Shown here in pieces: positions 17,788-26,010 of a DNA stretch of 64,000 nucleotides. This DNA is from Opitutaceae bacterium (lineage in GTDB: Bacteria; Verrucomicrobiota; Verrucomicrobiia; Opitutales; Opitutaceae): contig JBIKWB010000024.1 of assembly GCA_044356555.1 (NCBI GenBank), positions 8,504 to 72,503 on the forward strand, given 5' to 3'. The position numbers and the translations under genes were made by a program. The notes under the pieces were generated by a model that did not search any database, was not told the origin of the DNA, and worked only from the letters and a program-made list of their open reading frames with translations. Numbering within the stretch: position 1 is the stretch's first letter; every line of letters begins with the position of its first letter.

Positions 17788-19386
17788 ATGAACGTTTCGT
17801 CCCTAGCCAAACAAACCGTTCAGCGTGCCGCCTCCGCGCTCAAGGCCGGTCAACTCAACGCCATGCCGGAAATCATCCGGCTGGTGCACACGCTTTCGAA
17901 GAAGGATAACGATATTTCCGTCATGGAACTCGCCGACTTGGTCAAGAAAGACACCGGCGTGCTGGCGAAGATGCTGATCATCGCGAACGGCTTTGGTTAC
18001 AACCCCAATGGCGTTCGCGTCGAATCCGCAATGGAGGCCATCCAAGTCATCGGCTTCGAACGCGTCCGCACTCTCGCCATCGCGCTGATGCTCGCGGAGC
18101 AGAACAACCGCGGCCGCTCCGGCGACGAACAACGGGAGGCCGCTGCCCACGCCCTATGCTCCGGTTTCATCGCCCAATCCGTCAGCGAGTCCCAAGGCAC
18201 CGGACGCGGGGAGCACGCCTATGTGTGCGCCGCCCTCCGCCATTTTGGCCGTATCGTGATGACGACCTTCATGACCGAAGAATACCGACGTGCCACCGGG
18301 CTCGCCGAAGCGGTGCCGGAGGACGCGGCCTTTCGCGAAATTTTCGGCCTCACGCCCCTCGAGCTCGGTCACGAATTGCTGCGGGCGGAGCAACTGCCCG
18401 AGGAAATCCTCTCCGCGCTCCGCGCCTGTGACCCCGAATCGATCACCGCTTCGTCGGTCACCCCCGAGCAACGCATGTTGCTCATCGCTGATTTCTCCAC
18501 GCAGCTTTGCGAACTCGTTTTTTTGGAGGGACTCGACGCCAATACCTTCGAGCAGCGCACCGCCGAACTCGCCGGCCGCTTCGGACACATTTTCCCCGGT
18601 ATCGCGGATCAGTTTCCCGATATCATTAAAACCGTCGGCGTGCAATTCTCCCGCCTCAAACACGGCCTTGGCATTCGCAGCCTCCCGCTCAAGTGCGTTG
18701 AACGCATCAAAGACCGCGTCGCCAAACGCGATCCACGCGTTGTCCGTCCAATTAAAACTGTCCCCCCGCTTGCCCTCGCCGGTGACCCGAACCCGATCAC
18801 ATCCAAAGCCTCCGCGACCCCGAACGTCGCTTCCGCTCACGCTCCCGTGGCAAGTCCGCCACCGCCACACCCAACCGTTTCCAGCATCCGTCTGACTTCG
18901 GGCTTGGATCAGCTGAAGGCTCTCATCGCCGAACCCGGCACCCCCGCCGATGTGATCAACCGGTCGGTGATCGATATCATCGGTGAGGCGTTCAGTTCCG
19001 TTGAAGTGATTCTGCTGCTCCGCGCCCCGGGCCTTTCCACGCTCCACATCACGCACGGTGTCGGTCAAAACTGGCGCAAGTTTCAATCCGTCGCCAAGGT
19101 CACGCCGGGCGAGCGCTCCATTTTCGGCCTTTCTCTGGCGCGCAAAGAAAATCTTCTCATCCACGACGCGCGCGAGGCTTCGATCGCACCCTATGTTCCC
19201 ACGTGGTTGCGAGACGCCGTCCAGCTTCAGTCCTACGTGCTGTTGCCGATGGTTCAGTCCGACAAACCGGTTGGTGCGATTCTCGTCGGCTGGGCGATCA
19301 AGCGCAAAATCGTCATCGCGACCGAGCAAGTCCAAGTCCTCCGGGAGCTCCTCGCAATCGTCGGCCTGAAGCACAGCCAAGCCTAG
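17788..19386 (+). CDS. HDOD domain protein with C-terminal GAF-like domain (signal transduction, no output domain)
   Basis: From ATG 17788: ...MPEIIRLVHTLSKKDNDISVMELADLVKKDTGVLAKMLIIANGFGYNP...AIQVIGFERVRTLAIALML (HDOD). Pro-rich linker. The C-terminus, ...EVILLLRAPGLSTLHITHGVG...KPVGAILVGW, is GAF-like. Confidence 0.7.
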   Translation: MNVSSLAKQTVQRAASALKAGQLNAMPEIIRLVHTLSKKDNDISVMELADLVKKDTGVLAKMLIIANGFGYNPNGVRVESAMEAIQVIGFERVRTLAIALMLAEQNNRGRSGDEQREAAAHALCSGFIAQSVSESQGTGRGEHAYVCAALRHFGRIVMTTFMTEEYRRATGLAEAVPEDAAFREIFGLTPLELGHELLRAEQLPEEILSALRACDPESITASSVTPEQRMLLIADFSTQLCELVFLEGLDANTFEQRTAELAGRFGHIFPGIADQFPDIIKTVGVQFSRLKHGLGIRSLPLKCVERIKDRVAKRDPRVVRPIKTVPPLALAGDPNPITSKASATPNVASAHAPVASPPPPHPTVSSIRLTSGLDQLKALIAEPGTPADVINRSVIDIIGEAFSSVEVILLLRAPGLSTLHITHGVGQNWRKFQSVAKVTPGERSIFGLSLARKENLLIHDAREASIAPYVPTWLRDAVQLQSYVLLPMVQSDKPVGAILVGWAIKRKIVIATEQVQVLRELLAIVGLKHSQA

Positions 19387-19429
19387 CCGACGATCACTTG
19401 CCCTCCGGGCAAAGACCGGGCCCGGCCGA

Positions 19430-21199
19430 TTACGTTTGCGAAATCCGCGCGTGGGCAAATGCCGCGCACTTCGCGTGAATCTCCTGGGCCGAGCCCAGCG
19501 CGAGGACTTCAACCGCCAAGGCCCGGGCGTCGGCCATGGTCATTCCCCGCACCAGATATTTTACCGCCGGAAGCGAAGGCGGCGTCATGCTCAACGCATC
19601 CACCCCGAGCCCCAGGAGCAAAGGCACATAAATCGGATCGCCCGCCATTTCGCCGCACACACTGACCGGCACGCCCGCTCGGTGGGCTTCGTCCACGATA
19701 TGTTTCAACGTGCGCACCACCGCCGGGTGCGCCGGCTCATAGAGGTGGGCGACCCGATCGTTCCCGCGATCGATCGCGAGCAGATACTGGATCAGATCAT
19801 TGGTTCCGATACTGAAGAAATCGCAGGTCTTCGCCAGCAGATCGGTCGTCGTCGCCGCGCTGGGAATCTCGATCATCGCGCCGACCTTCATCGCTTCGTT
19901 GAAGCGTTGACCGCGCGTTTTCAGCTCGGCTTTGCATTCCGCGAGCATCGCGTTCGCCTTGCCCAATTCCTCCGGGCCGCTGATCATCGGATACATCAGC
20001 CGCACATCGCCGTGCACACTCGCCATCAAAATGGCCCGCAACTGGTCCTTGAAAATCTCGGGATTCTCCAAACAGAACCGGATCGCCCGAAAGCCCATGA
20101 AGGGATTCGCCTCTTTCGGAAAAAGGTCCGACTTGCCCTCCATCGGTTTGTCCCCGCCGAGGTCCAGCGTGCGGATCACGACCGGGTTCGGGGCCATGCC
20201 CTCGACCACCGTTTTGTAGGCGACAAACTGCTCCTGCTCCGAGGGAATCCGCGCCGAGTTGAGGAACAGATACTCGGTGCGATACAGGCCGACGCCCTGC
20301 GCAAAATAGTCCTTCACCAACGCAACTTCGTCCACTTTCTCGATGTTCGCCTGCAAGGTGACTGTCACGCCGTCCAGCGTCACCGGCGGCCGGCGGTTCG
20401 CCTCGAGCAGACGTTGCTCGAAGGACTTCTTTTCCGACTGGATTTTTCCGTAGCGGAACAGCGTTTGCTCCGTCGGGTTTACGATCACCAGTCCGTCGTA
20501 GCCATCCACGAGCACCCAATCCCCGGTCTTCACCCGCTGCGTGAGATTGCGGACGCCCACCACCGCCGGGACTTTCATGGACCTGGCGACGATCACCGCG
20601 TGGCTCGTCTTGCTGCCCGAGTCCGTCACGATCCCGAGCGCCGCGCTCCGGTCGATACTCGCCGAGTCCGACGGCGAAAGATCGTTCGCGACCACGATCC
20701 GCTTCTCCGCCAACCGGCTCAGACTGTTCTCGGCCTGCCCCAACATGTTTTGCAACACGCGCTGCGCCACATCGCGGATGTCCCCGGCGCGCTCCCGCAG
20801 ATACTCGTCGTCGATCTCCGAAAACGCCTGGATGTAACGCGCCGAAATCTTGTTGAAGCAGGTCTCGATATTGCTCCCCGTTGCCTCGAACTCGCGGATG
20901 GTCTCGCCGATCAACGCCTGGTCCTCAAGCACCAGCAGATGCGCATCGAAAATAAGCGCCTCATTCTTGCCCAAGTTTTTCTCCACCTCGTCTTGAATCT
21001 TCGAAATCTGCTGCCGCGTCGTAAGCAGCGCCTTGTCAAATCGCGAGACTTCCTCGATTCGTTTGTCCGCATCGACTTGGTAACACGGCACCTCGACATC
21101 GCTCTGCAGATACACGAACACGGTGCCATAGGCGATGCCTTGCGAGGCGGAGATGCCTTGCACGATAACTTCCTTTTTTGTGCGTGGTTCCGTGGCCAT
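19430..21199 (-). CDS. ptsI: Phosphoenolpyruvate-protein phosphotransferase (PTS enzyme I)
   Basis: From ATG 21199: MATEPRTKKEVIVQGISASQGIAYG...GIVTDSGSKTSHAVIVARSMKVPAVVG (active-site His)...GLYRTEYLF...IGTNDLIQYLLAIDRGN...CGEMAGDP. Confidence 0.9.
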   Translation of the reverse strand: MATEPRTKKEVIVQGISASQGIAYGTVFVYLQSDVEVPCYQVDADKRIEEVSRFDKALLTTRQQISKIQDEVEKNLGKNEALIFDAHLLVLEDQALIGETIREFEATGSNIETCFNKISARYIQAFSEIDDEYLRERAGDIRDVAQRVLQNMLGQAENSLSRLAEKRIVVANDLSPSDSASIDRSAALGIVTDSGSKTSHAVIVARSMKVPAVVGVRNLTQRVKTGDWVLVDGYDGLVIVNPTEQTLFRYGKIQSEKKSFEQRLLEANRRPPVTLDGVTVTLQANIEKVDEVALVKDYFAQGVGLYRTEYLFLNSARIPSEQEQFVAYKTVVEGMAPNPVVIRTLDLGGDKPMEGKSDLFPKEANPFMGFRAIRFCLENPEIFKDQLRAILMASVHGDVRLMYPMISGPEELGKANAMLAECKAELKTRGQRFNEAMKVGAMIEIPSAATTTDLLAKTCDFFSIGTNDLIQYLLAIDRGNDRVAHLYEPAHPAVVRTLKHIVDEAHRAGVPVSVCGEMAGDPIYVPLLLGLGVDALSMTPPSLPAVKYLVRGMTMADARALAVEVLALGSAQEIHAKCAAFAHARISQT

Positions 21200-21281
21200 T
21201 AAAGTGGGCGCAGCAGGCGCGTTGAGCCGCGGGCGGCTCAGATTGATAACGCTTTCCGGCCGAGCACGGGTCAATGCTCTT

Positions 21282-22188
21282 TCACCGCAACTTTGCCTCG
21301 ACCACGAAACTCGTCGGCCCCCACGCCGCCCGCACCGTCTGGCCGATCGCTGCCGCGTCCATTCCGTCGGGCAAAAGCGCGAAACACGCGCTCCCGCTTC
21401 CGCTCATCCGCGCGACCAATCCGAACTCTTCGCGCAAGTGCTCCAGCAGCGTTGGCAGCGCCATAAATTTCTCAAACGCCACCGCCTCCATGTTGTTAAA
21501 AAGCAACGCCTCCGCCGCACTGTCGCCGCCGACCCATGCGGCCAAACGCGCTTCCGCCTCCGCCTCCGGCAAATAACCCGACGGCGCGCGGCTCGCCATG
21601 CGCCCATACGCCCACGGAGTCGCGATCCCAAAACCCGGCTTAAACACCAATACCCGCCGCCCCCGCAACCGCGTGCTCGCGCCCGCCGGCAACGCCTCGA
21701 TCCGCTCTCCGCGCCCCCGCATCACCACCGGCCCGTCGTGCAAAAAAAGCGCGCAGTCCGAGCCAAGTCCGGCCGCCATCGTCGCCAGTTCAGCCGCGCC
21801 CAGCGCCAAGCCCGACAGAGCATTCAGCGCCCGCAACGCCGCCACCGCATCACTGCTCCCGCCCCCCAGCCCCGCGCCCATCGGCACCCGTTTTATGAGC
21901 GAAAAATCCACGCCCAGACCTTTTCCCGGCCAACCCGTCGCCGCCGCAAAGGCTCGCGCCGCCTTCACGACCAAATTCGTCTCGTCGGTCGGCACCGTCG
22001 CGTCATCACAATGTAACCTCCATTCACCACCGCCTTCCCCCCGCTCCCTTACATCCGCCCGCAACGTATCGCCGAAATCCAGCGTCACCGCCGCCGAGAC
22101 CAAATCATGAAATCCATCCGCCCGCCGTCCCGTGATCGCGAGGAACAGGTTAAGTTTAGCCGGGGCAAAAATCTCGATGGCGCGCACC
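21282..22188 (-). CDS. ispE: 4-diphosphocytidyl-2-C-methyl-D-erythritol kinase
   Basis: From GTG 22188: (V)RAIEIFAPAKLNLFLAITGRRADGFHDLVS...IKRVPMGAGLGGGSSDAVAALRALN...MSGSGSACFAL. The upstream part of the 556-aa track ORF is antisense to pyrF and not credible. Confidence 0.85.
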
Positions 22189-22281
22189 CCCCTACCCAAC
22201 ACCGCCACCCCCGCCTCGGGCCAGCCGCATTTTTTGGCTTTTGATTTATCCCCCGACTCCCCCTCACTCTCCCTTCCTACG

Positions 22282-22977
22282 ATGGCCACCGATCTCATTC
22301 TCGTCCTCGACGCCCAATCCCCGCGCACCGTCGCCCCCGCCCTCCGCCAACTCCAGGGCACCGTCCGCTGGGTCAAGGTCGGCCTCGAAATGTTCACCGC
22401 CTGCGGTCCCGATTGCGTGCGCGAAATCGCCGACCTCGGTTTCGATGTCTTCCTCGACCTCAAGCTCCACGACATCCCCAACACCGTCGCCAAGGCCGTC
22501 GAATCCATCGCGCCCCTGCCGATCAAGATGCTCACCCTGCATACCTCCGGCGGCCGCGAGATGATGCAGTGGGCCGTCAAAGCCCAACAACAGCACGCCC
22601 CCCACCTCCTTCTCCTCGGCGTCACCGTCCTCACCTCGATGAGCGCCGAAGGCCTCGCTGAGACCGGCGTCGCCGCCCCGCCCGCCGACCAAGTCGTCCG
22701 CCTCGGGCGCCTCGCCATCGACTCCGGCCTCCGCGGCCTGGTATGCTCGCCTCTTGAACTCGCGCCTCTCCGCGCCGTGCTCCCGGCCGATGTTGCCCTC
22801 GTCACCCCCGGCATCCGACCCCGCGGCGCCGATGCCGGCGACCAGACCCGCATCATGACTCCCGGCGAAGCCGCCGGCGCGGGCGCCACCCACATCGTGG
22901 TCGGCCGCCCCATTTTCAAAGCCCCCGACCCTGTCGCCGCCGCCCGCGCCATCCTCGCCGAACTCGCCGCCCGCTAA
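22282..22977 (+). CDS. pyrF: Orotidine 5'-phosphate decarboxylase
   Basis: From ATG 22282: MATDLILVLD...VKVGLEMF...DVFLDLKLHDIPNTV...LTLHTSGG...LLGVTVLTS...VVGRPI. Confidence 0.9.
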   Translation: MATDLILVLDAQSPRTVAPALRQLQGTVRWVKVGLEMFTACGPDCVREIADLGFDVFLDLKLHDIPNTVAKAVESIAPLPIKMLTLHTSGGREMMQWAVKAQQQHAPHLLLLGVTVLTSMSAEGLAETGVAAPPADQVVRLGRLAIDSGLRGLVCSPLELAPLRAVLPADVALVTPGIRPRGADAGDQTRIMTPGEAAGAGATHIVVGRPIFKAPDPVAAARAILAELAAR

Positions 22978-23005
22978 ACGACCGCGCATTCGGAATTCCG
23001 TTTCC

Positions 23006-23038
23006 GATCTCTCATCTCTCAGCTCTCAACTCTCAACG
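23006..23038 (+). repeat. Four tandem NCTCTCA heptads (gatctctcatctctcagctctcaactctcaacg) in the ispD leader
   Basis: Heptads tctctca, tctctca, gctctca and actctca at 23008-23035, ending 18 nt before the ispD ATG. A reverse-oriented copy is at 34000-34031. Confidence 0.6.
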
Positions 23039-23053
23039 TTTCCCCCTCCAGCC

Positions 23054-23785
23054 ATGAGCCGCACCGCCGCCATCCTCCTCGCCGCCGGCAGCAGCACGCG
23101 CATGTCCGGCGCCGTCGCCGACAAAATCCTCGCGCCCCTCGCGGGCCGGCCCGTCTTCGCCCACAGCGCCGCCGCTTTCGCCGCCAGCGGCGTCGCCGAT
23201 TTCTATGTCGTCGTTTACCGCGACCAACGCCAGATGCTCACGCTCTCCGCGCATGCGCCCACGCCCTGCGTCCTCATCCAAGGTGGGGCCGAGCGCCAAG
23301 ACTCCGTCGCCGCCGCCCTCGCCGCACTCCCGGCCGATATCGCTCACGTCTTTATCCATGACTGTGCGCGCCCGTTGGTGAGCGCCGAGCAACTCGTCGC
23401 ACTTTACAAAATCGTTCGCCGCGAGGGCGCCGTGGTTCTCGCCCATCGCGTGACCGACACCATCAAAAAACACCGCGCCAACGCCCGCCTCAAAACCCTC
23501 GACCGTGACCGCCTCTGGGCCATGGAAACCCCGCAGGTCTTCTCCCGCGAACTCATCGACCGCGCTTACGCCCGCGTCGCCAAGAAAAAGCTCCGTATCA
23601 CCGACGATGCCCAAGCCGTCGAGGGCCTCGACCACCCCATCGCCCTCCTCGAAAACACCGAGGCCAACCCCAAGCTCACCACGCCCGCCGACCTCGCCTA
23701 CCTCGAGTTCCTCCTCGCCCGCTCCGCCCTCGCGCCCGACACGTCCGACTCCTCGGCTCTGTTTCCGCCCCGCACGCCCGCCTGA
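23054..23785 (+). CDS. ispD: 2-C-methyl-D-erythritol 4-phosphate cytidylyltransferase
   Basis: MSRTAAILLAAGSSTRM...DKILAPLAGRPV...IHDCARPLVS...ETPQVF...ITDDAQAVE. Confidence 0.9.
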   Translation: MSRTAAILLAAGSSTRMSGAVADKILAPLAGRPVFAHSAAAFAASGVADFYVVVYRDQRQMLTLSAHAPTPCVLIQGGAERQDSVAAALAALPADIAHVFIHDCARPLVSAEQLVALYKIVRREGAVVLAHRVTDTIKKHRANARLKTLDRDRLWAMETPQVFSRELIDRAYARVAKKKLRITDDAQAVEGLDHPIALLENTEANPKLTTPADLAYLEFLLARSALAPDTSDSSALFPPRTPA

Positions 23786-23794
23786 TTTTTCCCG

Positions 23795-23816
23795 TTTTTC
23801 CGTGTGTTCCGAGGGC
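23795..23816 (+). repeat. TTCCGTGT-type intergenic repeat, copy 1 (tttttccgtgtgttccgagggc)
   Basis: Lies between ispD and ispF, sense to ispF. Near-identical copies are at 46067 and 47759. Confidence 0.55.
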
Positions 23817-23839
23817 CAATTCCGCTTCCGCACTTTCGC

Positions 23840-24319
23840 ATGAACCTCCGTATCGGCCACGGCTACGACATCCACCGCCTCGTCCCCGGCCGCCCGCTCG
23901 TCCTCGGCGGCGTGCGCTTCGCCACCGACTACGGTCTCGACGGCCACTCCGACGCCGACTGCCTCACCCACGCCATCTGTGACGCCCTGCTCGGCGCCGC
24001 CGCCCTCCCCGACATCGGGCATTTTTTCCCCAACACCGATCCTGCCCTCCGCAACATCGACTCCCAAATCCTTCTCCGCCGCGTCGTGGCCGAACTCGCC
24101 TCGCGCGGATTCTCCCTCGTCAACATCGACGCCTCGCTCATCGCGGAGAAACCAAAGATCGCTCCGCACCTCGACGCGATGAAGGTCGCCCTCGCCGCCT
24201 CCACCGGCCTACCCGTCGATTGCATCGGCCTCAAAGCCACCACCAACGAAGGCGTCGGCGACCTCGGTCGCGGCCTCGCCATCGCCGCCCACGCCGTCTG
24301 CCTCATCGCCAAAAACTAA
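23840..24319 (+). CDS. ispF: 2-C-methyl-D-erythritol 2,4-cyclodiphosphate synthase
   Basis: From ATG 23840: MNLRIGHGYDIHRLVPGRPLVLGGV...GHSDADCLTHAICDALLGAAALPDIGHFFPNTDP...KATTNEG. Confidence 0.9.
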   Translation: MNLRIGHGYDIHRLVPGRPLVLGGVRFATDYGLDGHSDADCLTHAICDALLGAAALPDIGHFFPNTDPALRNIDSQILLRRVVAELASRGFSLVNIDASLIAEKPKIAPHLDAMKVALAASTGLPVDCIGLKATTNEGVGDLGRGLAIAAHAVCLIAKN

Positions 24320-25974
24320 TGTCCGCTTCCCTGCTTCCCTCGTCGGCCCTCCCTCTGCACCTCTTGCGCTTTTTCGCGGCCATCGCCGTCCCGTTCCTTC
24401 TCTTCGCCTTCACCGGCTGCGGCAAACGCGAGACCACGGTCGAACTCGGCAACCGCGAGGGCATCCTCCACCTCAGCATCGGCTCCGAACCCTCCGATCT
24501 CGATCCGCAGACCGTCACCGGCACCGGCGACGCCAAGATCATCCAGGCCCTCTTCGAACCCCTCGTCAGCTACGAGACCGGCACGCTTGCACCCGTCCCC
24601 GCCCTCGCCGAGCGCTGGGAAATCTCCGCCGACGGCCTTACCTACACGTTTCATCTCCGCCCCGATGCCAAGTGGTCCAACGGCGACCCCGTCACCGCCC
24701 AGGATTGCGTCGATTCGTGGCGCCGCATTCTCACACCCTCGCTCGCCGCCGACTACGCCTACTTCCTCTACCTCCTGCGCGGCGCCGAAGATTTCAACAA
24801 GGGCCGCTCCGCCGATTTTTCCAACGTCGGCGCCGTTGCCCGCGACGCTCACACGCTCGTCGTCACGCTCACCCACCCCGCGCCCTACTTCCTCCAGATT
24901 CTCCTCAACTCCCCTTGGCGCCCCATTCACCTCCGCTCTATCGCCGCCGTCGGCGATCCCTACAACCGCGGCACGAAATGGACCCTTCCCGGCGCCCTCG
25001 TCTCGAGCGGCCCGTTCGTCCTGAAGGAGTGGTCTCTCAACCGGCGCGTCATCGTCGAGAAATCCCCCACTTACTATGACCGCGCCAAGGTTCGCCTCAA
25101 CGCCCTCCACTTTTATCCCATCGACAACATCGATGCCGAAGAGCGCGCCTTCCGCGCCGGCCAACTCCACATGACCTGGGCTCTGCCGCTCTCCAAGGTC
25201 GTCCCGCTCCAGCGCGAAAAATCTCCCGCGCTCCGCATCGATCCTTTTCTCGAGACCTACTTTTTTCGGCTCAACGTCCGTAAAGCCCCGCTCGACGATG
25301 TGCGCATCCGCCGCGCCCTCTCCCTCGCCATCGACCGCGATGCCATCGCCACCAAGATTCTCCCCGGCGGACGCCAACCCGCCCCCACCTTCGTCTCGCC
25401 GCTTCTCGTCGGCTACACGCCTCCGGCCCGCAAAGCCTACGACCCGGAGGCCGCCCGCCGCCTGCTCGCCGAGGCCGGCCACGCCCGCGGCGCCGGCCTC
25501 CCGCCGATCGAAATCCTCTACAACAATTCCGAAATTCTCCGCCTCGTCGGCGAAGCCATCCAGCAGATGTGGTCGCGCGAACTCGGCATCGAGGTCCGCC
25601 TTTCTAACCAAGAGAAGAAAGTCGTTTTCGCCAACCGCCGCGCCGGCGATTACCAAGTTCTTCTCGGCAGCTGGACCGCCGATTACCTCGACGCCACGAC
25701 CTTCCTCGACATGTGGCTGAGCGATTCCGGCAACAACCACACCGGCTGGAAAGACCCCGCCTACGACGCCCTCGCCGCCCGCGCGCTCACGATTGCCGAC
25801 CCCAAAGCCCGCGCCGCCGTCCTGGCCGAATCCGAGACCCTCGTCCTCGATGCCGCGCCGATTATCCCGATTTATTTCAACACCCACGTCTACCTGCTCC
25901 ACCCTTCCGTGAAAGGCTGGCAACCCACGCCGATGGACCACACCGACTACCGCTACGTCTCCCTCGAAAAGTAG
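24319..25974 (+). CDS. Family-5 (OppA/DppA-like) peptide/solute-binding lipoprotein, paralog 1
   Basis: The ATG at 24319 overlaps the ispF TAA (taATG). Lipobox LFAFTGC. LAERWEISADGLTYTFHLRPDAKWSNGDPVTAQD is typical of SBP_bac_5. Confidence 0.85.
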   Translation: MSASLLPSSALPLHLLRFFAAIAVPFLLFAFTGCGKRETTVELGNREGILHLSIGSEPSDLDPQTVTGTGDAKIIQALFEPLVSYETGTLAPVPALAERWEISADGLTYTFHLRPDAKWSNGDPVTAQDCVDSWRRILTPSLAADYAYFLYLLRGAEDFNKGRSADFSNVGAVARDAHTLVVTLTHPAPYFLQILLNSPWRPIHLRSIAAVGDPYNRGTKWTLPGALVSSGPFVLKEWSLNRRVIVEKSPTYYDRAKVRLNALHFYPIDNIDAEERAFRAGQLHMTWALPLSKVVPLQREKSPALRIDPFLETYFFRLNVRKAPLDDVRIRRALSLAIDRDAIATKILPGGRQPAPTFVSPLLVGYTPPARKAYDPEAARRLLAEAGHARGAGLPPIEILYNNSEILRLVGEAIQQMWSRELGIEVRLSNQEKKVVFANRRAGDYQVLLGSWTADYLDATTFLDMWLSDSGNNHTGWKDPAYDALAARALTIADPKARAAVLAESETLVLDAAPIIPIYFNTHVYLLHPSVKGWQPTPMDHTDYRYVSLEK

Positions 25975-25998
25975 GGCAGGGTCTCCAACCCACCCTCC
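25971..25998 (+). repeat. REP-like hairpin element, copy c (gtagggcagggtctccaacccaccctcc)
   Basis: The TAG stop of the upstream gene is part of the element. The layout matches the copies at 12442 and 14019. It lies between the two binding-protein paralogs. Confidence 0.45.
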
Positions 25999-26010
25999 GC
26001 GCCTTCGCCC

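Noticed and set aside
19436-21202. 588-aa plus-strand ORF covering the whole ptsI locus
   Set aside because: It is antisense to a gene with unmistakable enzyme I motifs. Its translation is Arg/His/Pro-rich low-complexity sequence, typical of shadow ORFs in GC-rich DNA.
21200-21281. Possible sigma-70-like promoter (TTGACC ... TTATCA on the minus strand) and hairpin tgagccgc-cc-gcggctca between ispE and ptsI
   Set aside because: The spacer is 19-20 nt by my count, which is too long. The hairpin has no U-tract. The two genes are more simply co-transcribed.
21282-22952. 556-aa ORF that would extend ispE across the pyrF locus
   Set aside because: Only the last ~300 codons look like IspE. The upstream part is antisense to a clear pyrF gene and is Arg/Ala-rich. 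ispE most likely starts at GTG 22188.
24316-25941. 541-aa minus-strand ORF opposite the first binding-protein gene (similar cases: 26080..26841, 14944..16617, 12943..14379, 9078..10238, 7531..8538)
   Set aside because: All are Gly/Arg/Ala/Glu-rich with no motifs, and each lies opposite a well-supported gene. They are GC-driven open frames, not genes.
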